Shown: positions 1-11,659, counted from the first letter of the stretch. The stretch: 64,000 nt of DNA from Octopus sinensis (GCF_006345805.1 NC_043006.1:76756001-76820000), one strand, 5' to 3'. Notes: generated by a model from the sequence alone, not told the origin. Translations and numbers: made by a program.

Positions 1-338
1 CTCCGTGTTTCTTTTCTGTGTATCTTTCTGTTGAAGAGCGTAGGCTCGAAACGTAAAAGACTTGTTTTATTTCTATTCCTAAGCGTCATACTAATACAAT
101 ATAGCTTACGTAGTAGTAATACACTCCAGCAAGGAAAGAGTTTCATCACAACAATTTAATTTGAGAAAGAATCATCTAGATTCAAAATCGATACGTAAAG
201 TTAGATATATAACCAGCGATATGCAACTATCGCTTTGACCGTAAGCTCTTTGTGCAAAATATAAAACAAGTTGTGTACATGTTATAGTTTTGTACTCCAC
301 CTGCCTTCGTATTTTGCTTATTTTCATAAAGCTTCCCG

Positions 339-340
<2 letters not shown>
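1..340 (+). mobile_element. Penelope-like short repeat (family P1) with hammerhead-like motif, interrupted by a 196-bp insert
   Basis: TCTTT-CTGTTGA-A-GAGC-GTAG-GCTC-GAAAC-GTA-AAAGA at 23-60; related copies at 1700, 7590, 25620, 32820; ends in (AT)n. Confidence 0.55.
97..292 (-). repeat. 196-bp inverted copy of 2056-2251
   Basis: Reverse complement aligned by eye; 3 mismatches in 196 bp. Confidence 0.95.
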
Positions 341-408
<68 letters not shown>

Positions 409-422
409 ATATATATATATAT
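340..422. repeat. (AT)n microsatellite
   Basis: Direct reading. Confidence 0.95.
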
Positions 423-667
423 GATGAGAGACAGAAGAAATTCAACAGAATACGACGAAACATGCAGATGGAAGAGTCGCTAAGGAGGTCACAGGTGTGT
501 GAAGAAAGAATTTCAGATAATAGTCATCAGATAATATAGGAATAATAATTAACGAGTGAAGAACGAAAATATAGTGCGCGTGTTTACTTGGCGAGAAAAA
601 AAATGACCGTCCCGAAATATAACAAGATCATGTCACATCTGGTACCTTGGAAATCAAATTCGTAAAT

Positions 668-703
<36 letters not shown>

Positions 704-1699
704 GCACACCCACAAACACACATACACAATCAAATATGCAAGTATGTATGTAAGTTTATGTTAAATTCTAGCCTTGCACCGGATCTAGTAACAGAAGCGA
801 AGAGTCGTAGTGTGCGAAACCGTGTTGATTAATTTGATTCAGAGATTTTGTTCTAATCTTGGTATAGCATGATATCTTGTATGAAAGTATTTATCGGATA
901 TTTACAATCATTCAGTGTAGTTATCAACTGAATTGTAACTTTCTCCAAAGTGTATCAATTTTATCGAAGGCATAAACCAGCGGTTACATTTTTCATTTAA
1001 TATTGGTCGATTTCCGCTTTTGCGATGTGGATTCGCGTAAATGTTCACAATCTATAATATATGTTCACAATCTATAGAACACATTAACGTACCGTGGGAA
1101 ATGTAACTAATAAGGATATATGCAGTATATTAGCTTATCACGGATCTTAATTCTTGATATGTAAGTTATGCAAAAGTTACTTAAATACAACCGACGATCG
1201 AAAGCAGTTGCACTTAAATCGAATGCAATTTGCAATTACGTCTATCTCAATCAATAACGTTTATCACAGCATATATCCGTTTCTGTGTGTAAGAGCGTTT
1301 GTGCGGGAATGTGTGCGTGTGTGTACGTATGTGTTTGTGTTGTTGTTGTTTTTTTTTGTATACTTCAGTAATTTCTCTCCATCTACACATCTTGCCTGTT
1401 AATAGCTTAGCTGGACTAGCATCTGTGTTCGCCTCACAAATACAGCACACCTTTTCCTCGACTTACGACCATCCACATTTACGACCGCAAAAAATAAATA
1501 AATAAATAAAAAGCCAATTTTCGGACGCTGGGCAGCTGCGCGAACAATAACTGTGGCAGCATCTGGCAACGCAGGACTCCCTCAGACCACTGTCTCTCAC
1601 TCAGTTGTTTTCAAGCATCAGTTGCGTTTGAATGAAAATAGCGTTGAAAAATATAAAAATATTTTTGAAAAATATAAAAATATTTTTGAAAAATATATG

Positions 1700-1850
1700 T
1701 TTGTATATAATCGCCATGATAGATCGCTAACTACTACATATTCTTTATTTTCTATCCTTGTTTCTTTCTGTGGAAGTGCGTAGGCTCAAAACGTTAAAGA
1801 TTTTTCACTTCCCGAGCGTTATACTAATACATCTGTTTGTTGTCTACACA
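1700..1850 (+). mobile_element. Degenerate P1 repeat
   Basis: tctttctgtggaagtgcgtaggctcaaaacgttaaaga...atactaatac matches the copy at 1-100. Confidence 0.6.
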
Positions 1851-2055
1851 CACACACATATATATATGTCCTAGTGTATATTTACTTTTTTTGTATTTAA
1901 CGAAGAAGTGCATTAATCTGTATCGAATCATTACCAGACACTTACGGGAATCAAAATACTGAATGCCGAGTTTATTCAGATTTACATATTACACATCCTA
2001 TTCAAATTTGCCAAAAACCCAAAAAAATGAAAAGCAAATAAGAACAGAGTAAAAG

Positions 2056-2251
2056 CAAAACTATAACATGTACACAACTTGTTTTATATTTTGCACGAAG
2101 AGCTTACGGTCAAAGCGATAGTTGCATATCGCTGGTTATATATCTAACTTTACGTATCGATTTTGAATCTAGATGATTCTTTCTCAACTTAAATTGTTGT
2201 GATGAAACTCTTTCCTTGCTGGAGTGTATTACTACCACGTAAGCTATATTG
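2056..2251 (+). repeat. Partner arm of the 196-bp inverted repeat, within a non-repetitive block (about 2040-2800)
   Basis: Reverse complement of 97-292. Confidence 0.95.
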
Positions 2252-3018
2252 CAAATATATTTCGTTAATAGTTTCAAACTCCTCAATCATTGAACAGATA
2301 TCATATAGTTCGAAATGTAAAGCTTTGCAAACTCTCGTTTCCATATAGCATACTAAAGCAACGGCCTTCGAAATATCGACACATTCTTTCGTTTCTATTA
2401 TAAATCTCAACAATATTTTCTGCAGCCTGTAAGCAAGCATTAACACGCGAAGTCAAAGGATTACAAATGTCAACGAGATGCTCTCCATTTGTTTGCATGT
2501 CTTGCTGGATACATCAGCCAATCTTCCATTATAAATTATCGTTAAAGGAATAAAGAACACATTGGATACTCACTTAAACACTGCGTTAATAAAACATGGG
2601 ACACCCATAGCATAGATCCATTGTACTATTGTTCGCCTGGGTCAAATACGAACAGCAGCCACTTAGACTGCAGGTTGTTATCTGCTTAGCGAAAGCAGCG
2701 ACTGATATTTGCTTTACATTTATTGCACCCATCTACTCTGCGTGTTCTAACATTGTTCAATTTTGGATTACATATATAGTATTTTTGGTTTGTATAACGT
2801 CTTTCACTTCATAAACTTTGTAGGATACCTCTTGATTTTTAAATAGTTGGCTTTAGAGTGATGAGACCATTAACTAAGAAAATGAAGAATACTACTTGAC
2901 AATTTTACTGGCAGCCGTGCTTAGGGAAGTCAAAGAAGAGGTTAATTTCAGACAAGATTTCATATACGGATGATTACTCTAGTTGAATCTTGTTAAAACA
3001 GACAATGGACTAATTTTA

Positions 3019-4293
3019 TCAGAGAAGATCAAAACTTATCCGTACTTTCACGAAAACTTTTTATAGTTTGGTTGCACTGCCTTCAGTGATTGCATGTTAA
3101 AAGATGGTACACTTGTGTTTACGTAACCGAGGTTTGATGTTGCTCGCTCCAATTTTCTATTTTGTGTTTCAGAGTGGCCGCTCCAATGGCAGTGTACACC
3201 AAAGAAGAAGAGAGATAAGTGATCCGATTTTTCTGGTCTGAATGTAAATCAGAGGCTGAAACACATCGCAAACTTTCAGTACAATACCTATTTCTTTATT
3301 ACCCACAAGGGGCTATACACAGAGGGGACAAAAAAGGACAGACATAGGTATTAAGTCGATTACATCGACCCCTGTGCGTAAATGGTACTTAATTTATCGA
3401 CCCCGAAAGGATGAAAGGCAAAGTCGACCTCGGCGGAATTTGAACTCACAACGTAACGCAGACGAAATACTGCTAAGCATTTCGCCCGGCGTGCTAACGT
3501 TTCTGCCAGCTCGCCGCCTTTCAGTACAATACCGAGACACCGAACTACCGCGTAGAAGTGTGTCTGAGCAGATCGGGAAGTTTAAAAATGTCTGGACAAG
3601 CGTGAAGCTCGAAGCGGGAGTAGAATACCTATCAACCTCACCACTGGTATGACGATTCAGCAAACTCGATAGTTAGTTGTGGTGAATCGATGAGTGACCA
3701 TCAATGAGGCATCAAATTCTCTGCATATAAGTCATGGTTCTACATACGAAATCATTCGCGACAAGCCTCGTTTAAGTAAAGAGTGTGCGAGATGGTGCCA
3801 AGAAATCTTATTGAAGCGCATAAGCGTAACTCTTTGGGGATCTGTCAATGCCTACTCGGCCTTTGCAATAATGAAAGTGAAGCATTTTATTTATTTAACT
3901 TTTTTAGTGGGAAAATAGTCACAGGAGATGAAACCTGACTACATAACTTTGAGCCAGAATCAAAAGGCAGAATATGGAGTGGAAATGTCTGAAATATCTA
4001 GCGGTCCCGATCTCGTTCTTTCTGGCTGTCACCACTTTGGACTATTCAAGCATTATTAACGAAGTTCGTAGGTTTGCTACTCACGAAGAGTTGCAGGAGG
4101 TGGAGTATAAATAGCTATGCGACCAACCGAAAAGTCTCTTTACGGTTGGAATTAGCGAGCTTGTGAACCGTTGGAAGAAGTGAATCGAAAACAAAGAGAC
4201 TATATCGAAAACTGATGTAAGTATTCAATCCCAGGATTTTTGCTTTAATAAATTGTACAAACAAAAGTGTGTACAATTTTTCACTTGTCTTCG
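3019..4293 (+). pseudogene. Decayed mariner transposon
   Basis: Remnant motifs HGSTYEII..K(E/V)CARW (WVP region), VTGDET..FEPESK and SGPDL..CHHFGLFK (YSPDL region); many stops and a large deletion; 3' end ...cttcg-TA; left end approximate. Confidence 0.85.
3289..3517 (-). mobile_element. SINE family A (tail 1) inserted in the mariner
   Basis: tRNA-like head ggcggcgagctggcagaaacg...gagttcaaattcc; direct repeat ctttcagtacaatacc at 3273-3288 and 3518-3533 (TSD). Confidence 0.9.
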
Positions 4294-4776
4294 TATTTCT
4301 TTAGCCTAGGTGAGCACAGGATCGACCTGTCATTTTGTTAATCAGCTTGAGAGATGCTGTCCACATCACAGAAGAGCAGATGTCCATATATTCATCATAA
4401 AGATTGACAGCATAATTTATTTTCATGCTGACCGCTGTTTTAAAACATATGCAGACCTCGGATGCTGGACTGATAGATACCTCCGTCAAATTAAGTTTCC
4501 TCATCTGGAAGAAAAAGTAACGTGAGATAATGCGGCTGATTCAGCGGTACCATTGGCTGTTTCCGCAGCAAAGGTTGTGCTTTCTTCTCTTCAGTGCGTA
4601 ATTGAGATATTTCGTTGAATGGATATTGTGAAATTTGCACGTTGGTTTGTTCTTATCATGCACATGTATTTTTGAGAAATGCAATTTGCTACAAAGCAAT
4701 GAAATCTTAAAGTAATAAGGGGTTTTGTCGAATGCAAATGATTTTCGTATTTTGAACTTTTATTTATATTCTCCAG

Positions 4777-4805
4777 AAAGATATACGACAATACATCCGA
4801 ATAAA
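4777..4805 (+). other. Candidate 29-bp micro-exon
   Basis: Strong acceptor tttttatttatattctccAG and donor AAA|GTAAGT; no homology recognised. Confidence 0.25.
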
Positions 4806-4943
4806 GTAAGTCTCCAAACTCATAACGCGTGTAACATCAATAGGGAGGCAATAAATTATTTATTGTTTTAGTTTCAGCTTAAGAATAAGGAGTATGTTTA
4901 ATGTAAAAATATAAAGTTTTCTTACACCCTCGCACTAACAAAC

Positions 4944-5186
<243 letters not shown>

Positions 5187-5622
5187 GTGATATACATCTG
5201 GAAAATCCTGGAGGGTCTTGTCCCAAACTTTGGCATTCAAAGTTACTCCAACCGCAGAACGGGGCGCCGCTGCGTGGTGCCAAGGATTCCAACATCACCA
5301 TCAAAATACAGGTCCAGATACTGCAACAGCTTAGGTTTCAGAGGACCACAGCTCTTTAACATCCTCCCGAAATGCCTGAGAGACTTACATGGTGTGGATG
5401 TGGGTTTCTTTAAAACTAAACTGGATCTCTTCTTGTTGGGAGTCCCAGATGAACCTACCTCACGACAGGAGACACGGATGCGGGCAGCAGCATCGAACTC
5501 CCTTGTTGATCAAGTGCCACGTATCAGAGGTGGATTCACAAACTAGTGTAGCTCATTCAGCGGTGGTGCCCCAGCATGGCCGCGGCCTTCGGGCTAAAAC
5601 ATTTTTAAGGATTTAAGGATTT
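5187..5622 (+). mobile_element. 5'-truncated CR1-like LINE, ORF2 C-terminus plus 3' UTR
   Basis: [15 protein letters not shown]...LFNILPK...KLDLFL..VPDEP, homologous to ORF 17743-18309; short (TTTAAGGA)n tail. Confidence 0.9.
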
Positions 5623-7072
5623 ATATACTTATATATATACATACATATATACATACATGCACATGCATACGTATAAAATACATACATATACATGTCTTTA
5701 TTTGTGTGCATAAATATATGTATTTTCATGTGTGTGTGTGTGTGTGGTGTGTGTGTGTGTATTTGAGTGGGGTACATAAATATCTGCATATTCAAATAAA
5801 TACTGCAACAAGCAACAGCTTGCGTGCAGTAATGTTCTTCAAATGTAATGAATCCTCAGAATTCATTTTAGCTTTCAATTTTGTTGCGCTTTTTTCATGT
5901 AAGTATAGCAATGGAAGCGTAAATAATTATTAGCATATACATTATAGTGCTAAAAATATATCTTTGGTTTACATTTCAAATGTAGGTAACGTTATGCTAT
6001 TAGGCATTAGCGTCTAAATGCAGATATAAATCAGGTTACATAAACCGTCCATAATCTTTAACGGAACAAAATTTGAAGACAGCTGGTCACCACGTTTGGA
6101 AATGATATTTTCCTAAATAGGTTAACGTTTGATGTTTAGGGAGGAATATTTTCAAAACCCACTGTAGAATATATTGATATGTGCCAATCGTTTGAATATT
6201 GGAGGAATATCAAAACAGACAAATCGAAGTATGAGATGCTGATATAGTAATAATATTGCTTTGAGGAAATTATTAATAACATGATGGTGATGATGAAAAA
6301 ATGACAAAAATAATATGTTTGGATTTCAAATCGCATAGCTTAAGCTTTCATACATACATGATAGACAAAATAAGCAACAGACAATATTGTCTATGGGACA
6401 CAACAGATTATGCTAATCTATTAAATATTTTGTTAATGTTTTGCATGTATTTGTTGCATAAAAAGCGAAACCGTTGGATAATCTTCTAGAAAAGTGTAGG
6501 TCAAATGAATCGTCCTCGGTAATCACGAAACCACATACAATGTCCAAGCGAAAGAGAGACAGCCAGACAAATAGATAAATCGGTAAATTCAGAGATACAC
6601 TGTTCAATCGAGCGTACAAAGAGCAATGAATTATATTCTCAAATTCATTGGGACTGAATTTTAATATTTTTTCTTACAACAATGAATCCAACAAAATGTA
6701 TTTTATTGGTCTCATTTGGTTATAATTACACATACATGGACACAAACACACACACATACACAAACACATACACACACAAACACGCATACACACAGACAGA
6801 TGTCATTCCAGTATAGAAACTTCTAGAGATATGAAATATATCGTATTTAACTATGGAACTCGAAGTAGATAAAGTCATAAATAATGGTCTGTAGAATACT
6901 GATTTATCCAAACCCTTGGATAGAAATAAATCTCACGATATATATTTTACGTCGAAGGCTTTTTTTAACCCAATAATCTATTGCTTTCTGTACTTCGACT
7001 TCCACCATATATAAAGATTTCATGTATATATGTGTACATTTATATATCTACACCCACAAAAGAGAGCTTATA

Positions 7073-7123
<51 letters not shown>

Positions 7124-7589
7124 GAGAGAGAAACAGACAGAGCGTATGTTCCTTATGCATTCCAAAACTGAGATGCTGATTTTGACGAATGGGGTATCAG
7201 AAGATTCAGTAAGCTTTCGGCTACCAACTAAACTTTATTTTCATATAGTAAGATTAATATAGATTAATATATTAATCTTAATCTTGTTTCGGCCAGAGTT
7301 CTATAGTCAGTCATCAGTGGTTCATTGCTTTCTTCTTTCTTATGTGTGTGTCTCTCCTTACTAACAGTCAGTCATTTTGCATTTTGTATTCCTATTGTAT
7401 GTGTCTTTATTTGCGCATGCGTATACCCCTTATGTGTGTTTATGTTTAGTTAGTGTGTGTGTGGGAAGACCATTCCTAAATACAACAACATCTGTTTCAC
7501 ACACGATTTCGCATCAAGAATCTTGCAAAACAAATATATATATATATATATAGTATATAGGTAGTATATAGGTAGATAGATCTATATTT

Positions 7590-7735
7590 ATATATTTGGT
7601 TCAAATATGCAGGTAACAAAAGACAGAGACAGGTGGAGGGAATAACAAGCAGGTATATTGTGTTAAGGCTTGTGAAAAATTAGAAAATTATTTGACGTTT
7701 CCTGCCTACGCTCTCCGACAGAAAGCGTAGGATGT
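7590..7735 (-). mobile_element. Degenerate P1 repeat
   Basis: Reverse complement ctttctgtcggagagcgtaggcaggaaacgtcaaa. Confidence 0.55.
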
Positions 7736-7748
7736 ATATGCGTAGGCT

Positions 7749-7782
<34 letters not shown>

Positions 7783-7787
<5 letters not shown>

Positions 7788-7990
7788 TAATCCAAACAAG
7801 TAAACACAAAAAAACACAGCAACGCGAGGACGTGGAACAAATAATGTATTATTGGACGCTCAGGAAAGAAGGGAAGAAGGAGGGTTTAATGTTTCGAGCG
7901 GAGCTCTTCGTCTGAAACATAGGAGAAGAAAAGATCCCGAGAAGGGAAGACAGAGGAAAAAAATCGCTGGCGGTTCTCACGCGGTCACAC
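7783..7990 (-). mobile_element. Penelope-like short repeat family P2
   Basis: Closely matches 40905-41125; hammerhead-like motif on the minus strand. Confidence 0.65.
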
Positions 7991-8519
7991 ATATATATAT
8001 ATATATTATATATATATTAATATATATACAATATTTATATAGGATCGATGAGAAACTAAGACAACAACTGCAATATGCCACCCTTCATGTATCACTCAAA
8101 CAAATCATATTATGATATAATTATATTAATAGTCAGCATGTTGTCCTGAAATAAAATGTCTTTATCTCCAACGAAATGATTGACATGTGTCCGACCATCG
8201 ATAATCATTTATTCTAATTAATTATTAGATCAACTCTCTCTGTGGGAATGTAATATGTCATTGCATGTATGCTGCTGATATTGCATATTTTATTTGTCTA
8301 GACTTAATCTCAAATTATATTCCCTTTCATATTTAGCATGTTAAAGGAATATTATTTGATCCATCCACGTATTTATCTGATACTCTGTTTCATCGACGCT
8401 CAAAGGATTAAAGGCAAAGTCGCCTGATTTTAATGCGATATCGCATATTTTTCGCTTTGAATATTGAAAAACCGACATATTTTCAAAATCCAAATGATAC
8501 ATATAGACATACATACGTA

Positions 8520-8707
8520 CCTACACACACACATACGCACACACACACACACAGACACACACACACTCACACATACACAGACGCGCGCACACACATGTGT
8601 GTATATATACATATAGATAGACAGACAGTCAGATACAGGGAGGAGAGAGAGAGAGAGATGGAAAGATAGATAGAGAGATAGATAGAGAGGTAGATAGAGA
8701 GATAGAT

Positions 8708-8779
<72 letters not shown>

Positions 8780-8790
8780 GTGATACATAC
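8520..8790. repeat. Compound (CA)n/(GA)n/(TAGA)n microsatellite
   Basis: Direct reading. Confidence 0.95.
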
Positions 8791-8904
8791 ATACATGCAT
8801 ATATGTATATAAGCAAGTAACGAACCAGAAAATGGATAATCAACATCGCATTATTAATTAATATTTTGTTTCAATATTAAAGGCACCCACAGGTGGTGAG
8901 CTGG

Positions 8905-9110
8905 CAGGGTCATTATCATGCCGAACCAATACTTAGCAACCTTTTGTCAATTTTTATGCTCTCAGATCAAATTGCACTGAAGTCAAATTTGACTTTCATC
9001 ATTTCGTGTTCGTTAATATAAGTTCCAATCGAGCACTCGTTTCGAAGAATTCGACTTACGCCTACCCTCGAAATTGGTGGCCTTGTGCCCAAAATTTTAA
9101 ACTAATATTA
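8905..9110 (+). mobile_element. Old degenerate SINE A
   Basis: gagctggcag...tttgactttcatc...ggccttgtgccc remnants. Confidence 0.5.
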
Positions 9111-9159
9111 AAGTCACCCAATATTATTGTTACAAGGATACCATTAGTTTCATACATTT

Positions 9160-9580
9160 ACTTTTTTCTGCTCTAAGCTCAAGGCCCAAAATATTGGAGA
9201 GGGGCCAGTCGATTAGATCGACTCCAGTACGCAACTTATACTTAATGAATCGACCCCGAAAGGATGAAAGGCACAGTCGACCTCGGCAGAATTTGAACTC
9301 AGAACGTAAAGACGGACGAAATACCGCTAAGTATTTCGCCCGGCGTGCTAACATTTCTTATTTCTTTACTGCCCACAAGGGGCTACACACAGAGGGGACA
9401 AACAAAGACAGACAGAAGAATTAAGTCGATTATATCGAGCGTAACTGGTACATTTTTAATCGACACCGAAATGATGAAAGACAAAGTCGACCTCTGCGGA
9501 ATTTGAACTCAGAACGTAAAGACGAATCAAATACTGCTAAGTATTTCGCCCAGCGTTCTAACGTTTCTGCCAATTCGCCA
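9160..9580 (-). mobile_element. SINE A dimer (tail-1 unit followed by tail-2 unit)
   Basis: Two body copies; junction aaagaaata|agaaatgttagcacgcc near 9355. Confidence 0.85.
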
Positions 9581-9970
9581 CTTTTACATGCAATAATTCA
9601 TCATTATTTAATCGCAGTTTGGAGATTAGATCAAAACAGACATTTTATAACACTGAGAGCAAACGTAATGTCAAACAAAATTTCGTATGGTAGCAGATGG
9701 TACAAATACAAAAGGAATAATCAATTCTGAACAAATTAATTAATTAGTTAATTACCTTACTAATTAATTTGCACTCAGTTTAGCAAATTTTGCTGAACTA
9801 TAGTTATTCAAACTATGATTAAATAATTGCAACTTTTTACATGTAATCATGTAATCATATTAATGGCACCCAACTACTAATACACGCACATGATCCCACA
9901 AACACATACGCTCACGCTCACACACACTTACACACACATATTTATATACATACATATATATATTTATATG

Positions 9971-10203
9971 AGGCGGCGAGCTGGCAGAAACGTTAGCACG
10001 CCGGGCGAAATGCGTTGCCGTATTTCGTCTGCCGTTACGTTCCGAGTTCAAATTCCGCCGAGGTCGACTTTGCCTTTCATCCTTCCGGGGTCGATAAATT
10101 AAGCACCAGTTACGCACTGGGGTCGATGTAATCGACTTAATCCGTTTATCTGTCCTTGTTGTTTCTCCTCTGTGTTTAGCCCCTTGTGGGTAGTAAAGAA
10201 ATA
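9971..10203 (+). mobile_element. SINE A, full length, tail 1
   Basis: Head, body gtcgactttgcctttcatcc..., tail ccccttgtgggtagtaaagaaata. Confidence 0.9.
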
Positions 10204-10216
10204 TATATATTATATA

Positions 10217-10258
<42 letters not shown>

Positions 10259-10292
10259 ATAATATATATTATATATATATATATATATATAC

Positions 10293-10325
<33 letters not shown>

Positions 10326-10368
10326 CAAAGTGGAGTTGTAAGGTACCGCACGAGTGGAATTATATATG

Positions 10369-10554
10369 AAAGAAGGTTTGAAAATGCAATTTTAAAAGTA
10401 ACGTGTAAAAGCTTGGTTGTGTTAGGTACTGTGTGACAACCAGCACCTAACACAACCAAGCTTTTACACGTTACTTTTGACAATTTGTTTCTAAAAAAGT
10501 GAAACCGGTCAAGTAAATATACATCTCTTAAAATTGCATTTTCAAACCTTCTTT
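10369..10554. repeat. Nested fold-back: 27-bp outer arms and 34-bp perfect inner hairpin; Penelope-like
   Basis: 10369-10395/10528-10554 and 10394-10427/10445-10478 are exact reverse complements; gaaaccggtc motif at 10501. Confidence 0.9.
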
Positions 10555-10558
10555 ATAA

Positions 10559-10616
<58 letters not shown>

Positions 10617-10644
10617 CTATAACAATTCTTTAAAATAAAAGCCA

Positions 10645-10979
10645 ATTGCCCAACATAACATGGCTATCCTTGAAGGGACGTTGTTACTGTTGTTTTAGCC
10701 TCAAGAAGCGTCGCTTCTAGCTGGCTTTACGACACACTGTGCCCTTATATTTTCGAACAGGGAATGTAGCATCCCAACCAAGCACAAGACGGCCACCGTA
10801 GACTAGTTTCAGGGTTATTGCCCAGATGTTGTCTTGTGCTAGTTGGGGATGCTGAATTCCCTGTTCGGAATTATAAGGACACGTATAGTGTGTCGTATAG
10901 CCAGCTAGAAACGGTGCTTCTTGGGGCTAAAAGAACAGTATCACCGTCTCTTCAAGGAGAGCCATATTACGTTGGCAAT
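10645..10979. mobile_element. 335-bp imperfect palindrome, MITE/fold-back element
   Basis: About 150-bp arms complementary along their length (attgcccaacataacatggc...gccatattacgttggcaat); no clear TSD. Confidence 0.7.
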
Positions 10980-11043
10980 CAACATCTACGTTTTATTTAT
11001 ATATGAGTTCATTGATTAAACCTCACCAAGTTAAATATGTAAA

Positions 11044-11110
11044 CCACCTGAAGAATGACTGTAACTCGAAAATTTTAAAAATTGAACAGCCATGAAACGA
11101 TCGTAGTGTT
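11044..11110 (+). ncRNA. Hammerhead-ribozyme-like motif (type I, Penelope-like)
   Basis: CAC-CTGAAGA-[ATGACTGT..ACAGCCAT]-GAAAC-GATC-GTA-GTG: intact core, palindromic stem III ACGATCGT, GUA site; stem I only 3 bp. Confidence 0.45.
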
Positions 11111-11259
11111 ATATTAATTATCTTTTTAATAATTTTGATATATATTTAATAATATAAATTAATTAATCTTATGTATTGGCTTAAGGTTTTCATTGTATGA
11201 TTTGCCTAATAGTGGTTTTCTCTAATTTAATATAATATATATTATATATATATATATTA

Positions 11260-11512
11260 ATAGAAATGGTAAAACTACAAAAAAAATGAAAGTGACCTCG
11301 ATATTATGTAAATGGAGAAATTTATCTGTAAATGTAATATGTGACAATTATTCGGTAGCCGTGATAAAACTACGTGTTTCGGATGTCGGGGTGGTAACCC
11401 ATGCCGATATCTCTTCCGTTAACTGAAGTGATGCCGGCGTGGGTTACTGCCCCGACATTTGAAACTCAGATTCATATGGCTACCGAATAATTGTCACATA
11501 TTATATTTACAG
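11260..11512. mobile_element. Penelope-like repeat ending in a 187-bp zero-spacer palindrome (11326-11512)
   Basis: Centre gtt|aac at 11420/11421; outer 35-bp arms with 1 mismatch. Confidence 0.75.
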
Positions 11513-11659
11513 CTCTATATACATGTGTGCGTGTGTGTGGTGTGTGTGTGTGTGCGTGTGTGTATGTATGTATATATATGTATTTATATAAAAAAAAAAA
11601 TATATATATATGTATGTATGTATATACGCATGTATGTGTGTATGTTATATGTATTATTT

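Noticed and set aside
1644-1700. 21-bp tandem repeat (ttgaaaaatataaaaatattt) x2.5
   Set aside because: Ordinary slippage duplication
2040-2800. Coding exon(s) in the unique block (ORFs 2189-2446, 2301-2498, 2629-2814)
   Set aside because: No recognisable motif and stops in all frames; the minus-strand GTGAGT donor at about 2572 is not enough
6140-6580. Protein-like short frames (GGIFSKPTVEY..., KAKPLDNLLEK...)
   Set aside because: Short, weak splice signals, no family recognised
7265-7320. Minus-strand CTGATGA..GCCGAAAC hammerhead
   Set aside because: Core present but the stem II closing pair is C-C; at most a degraded remnant
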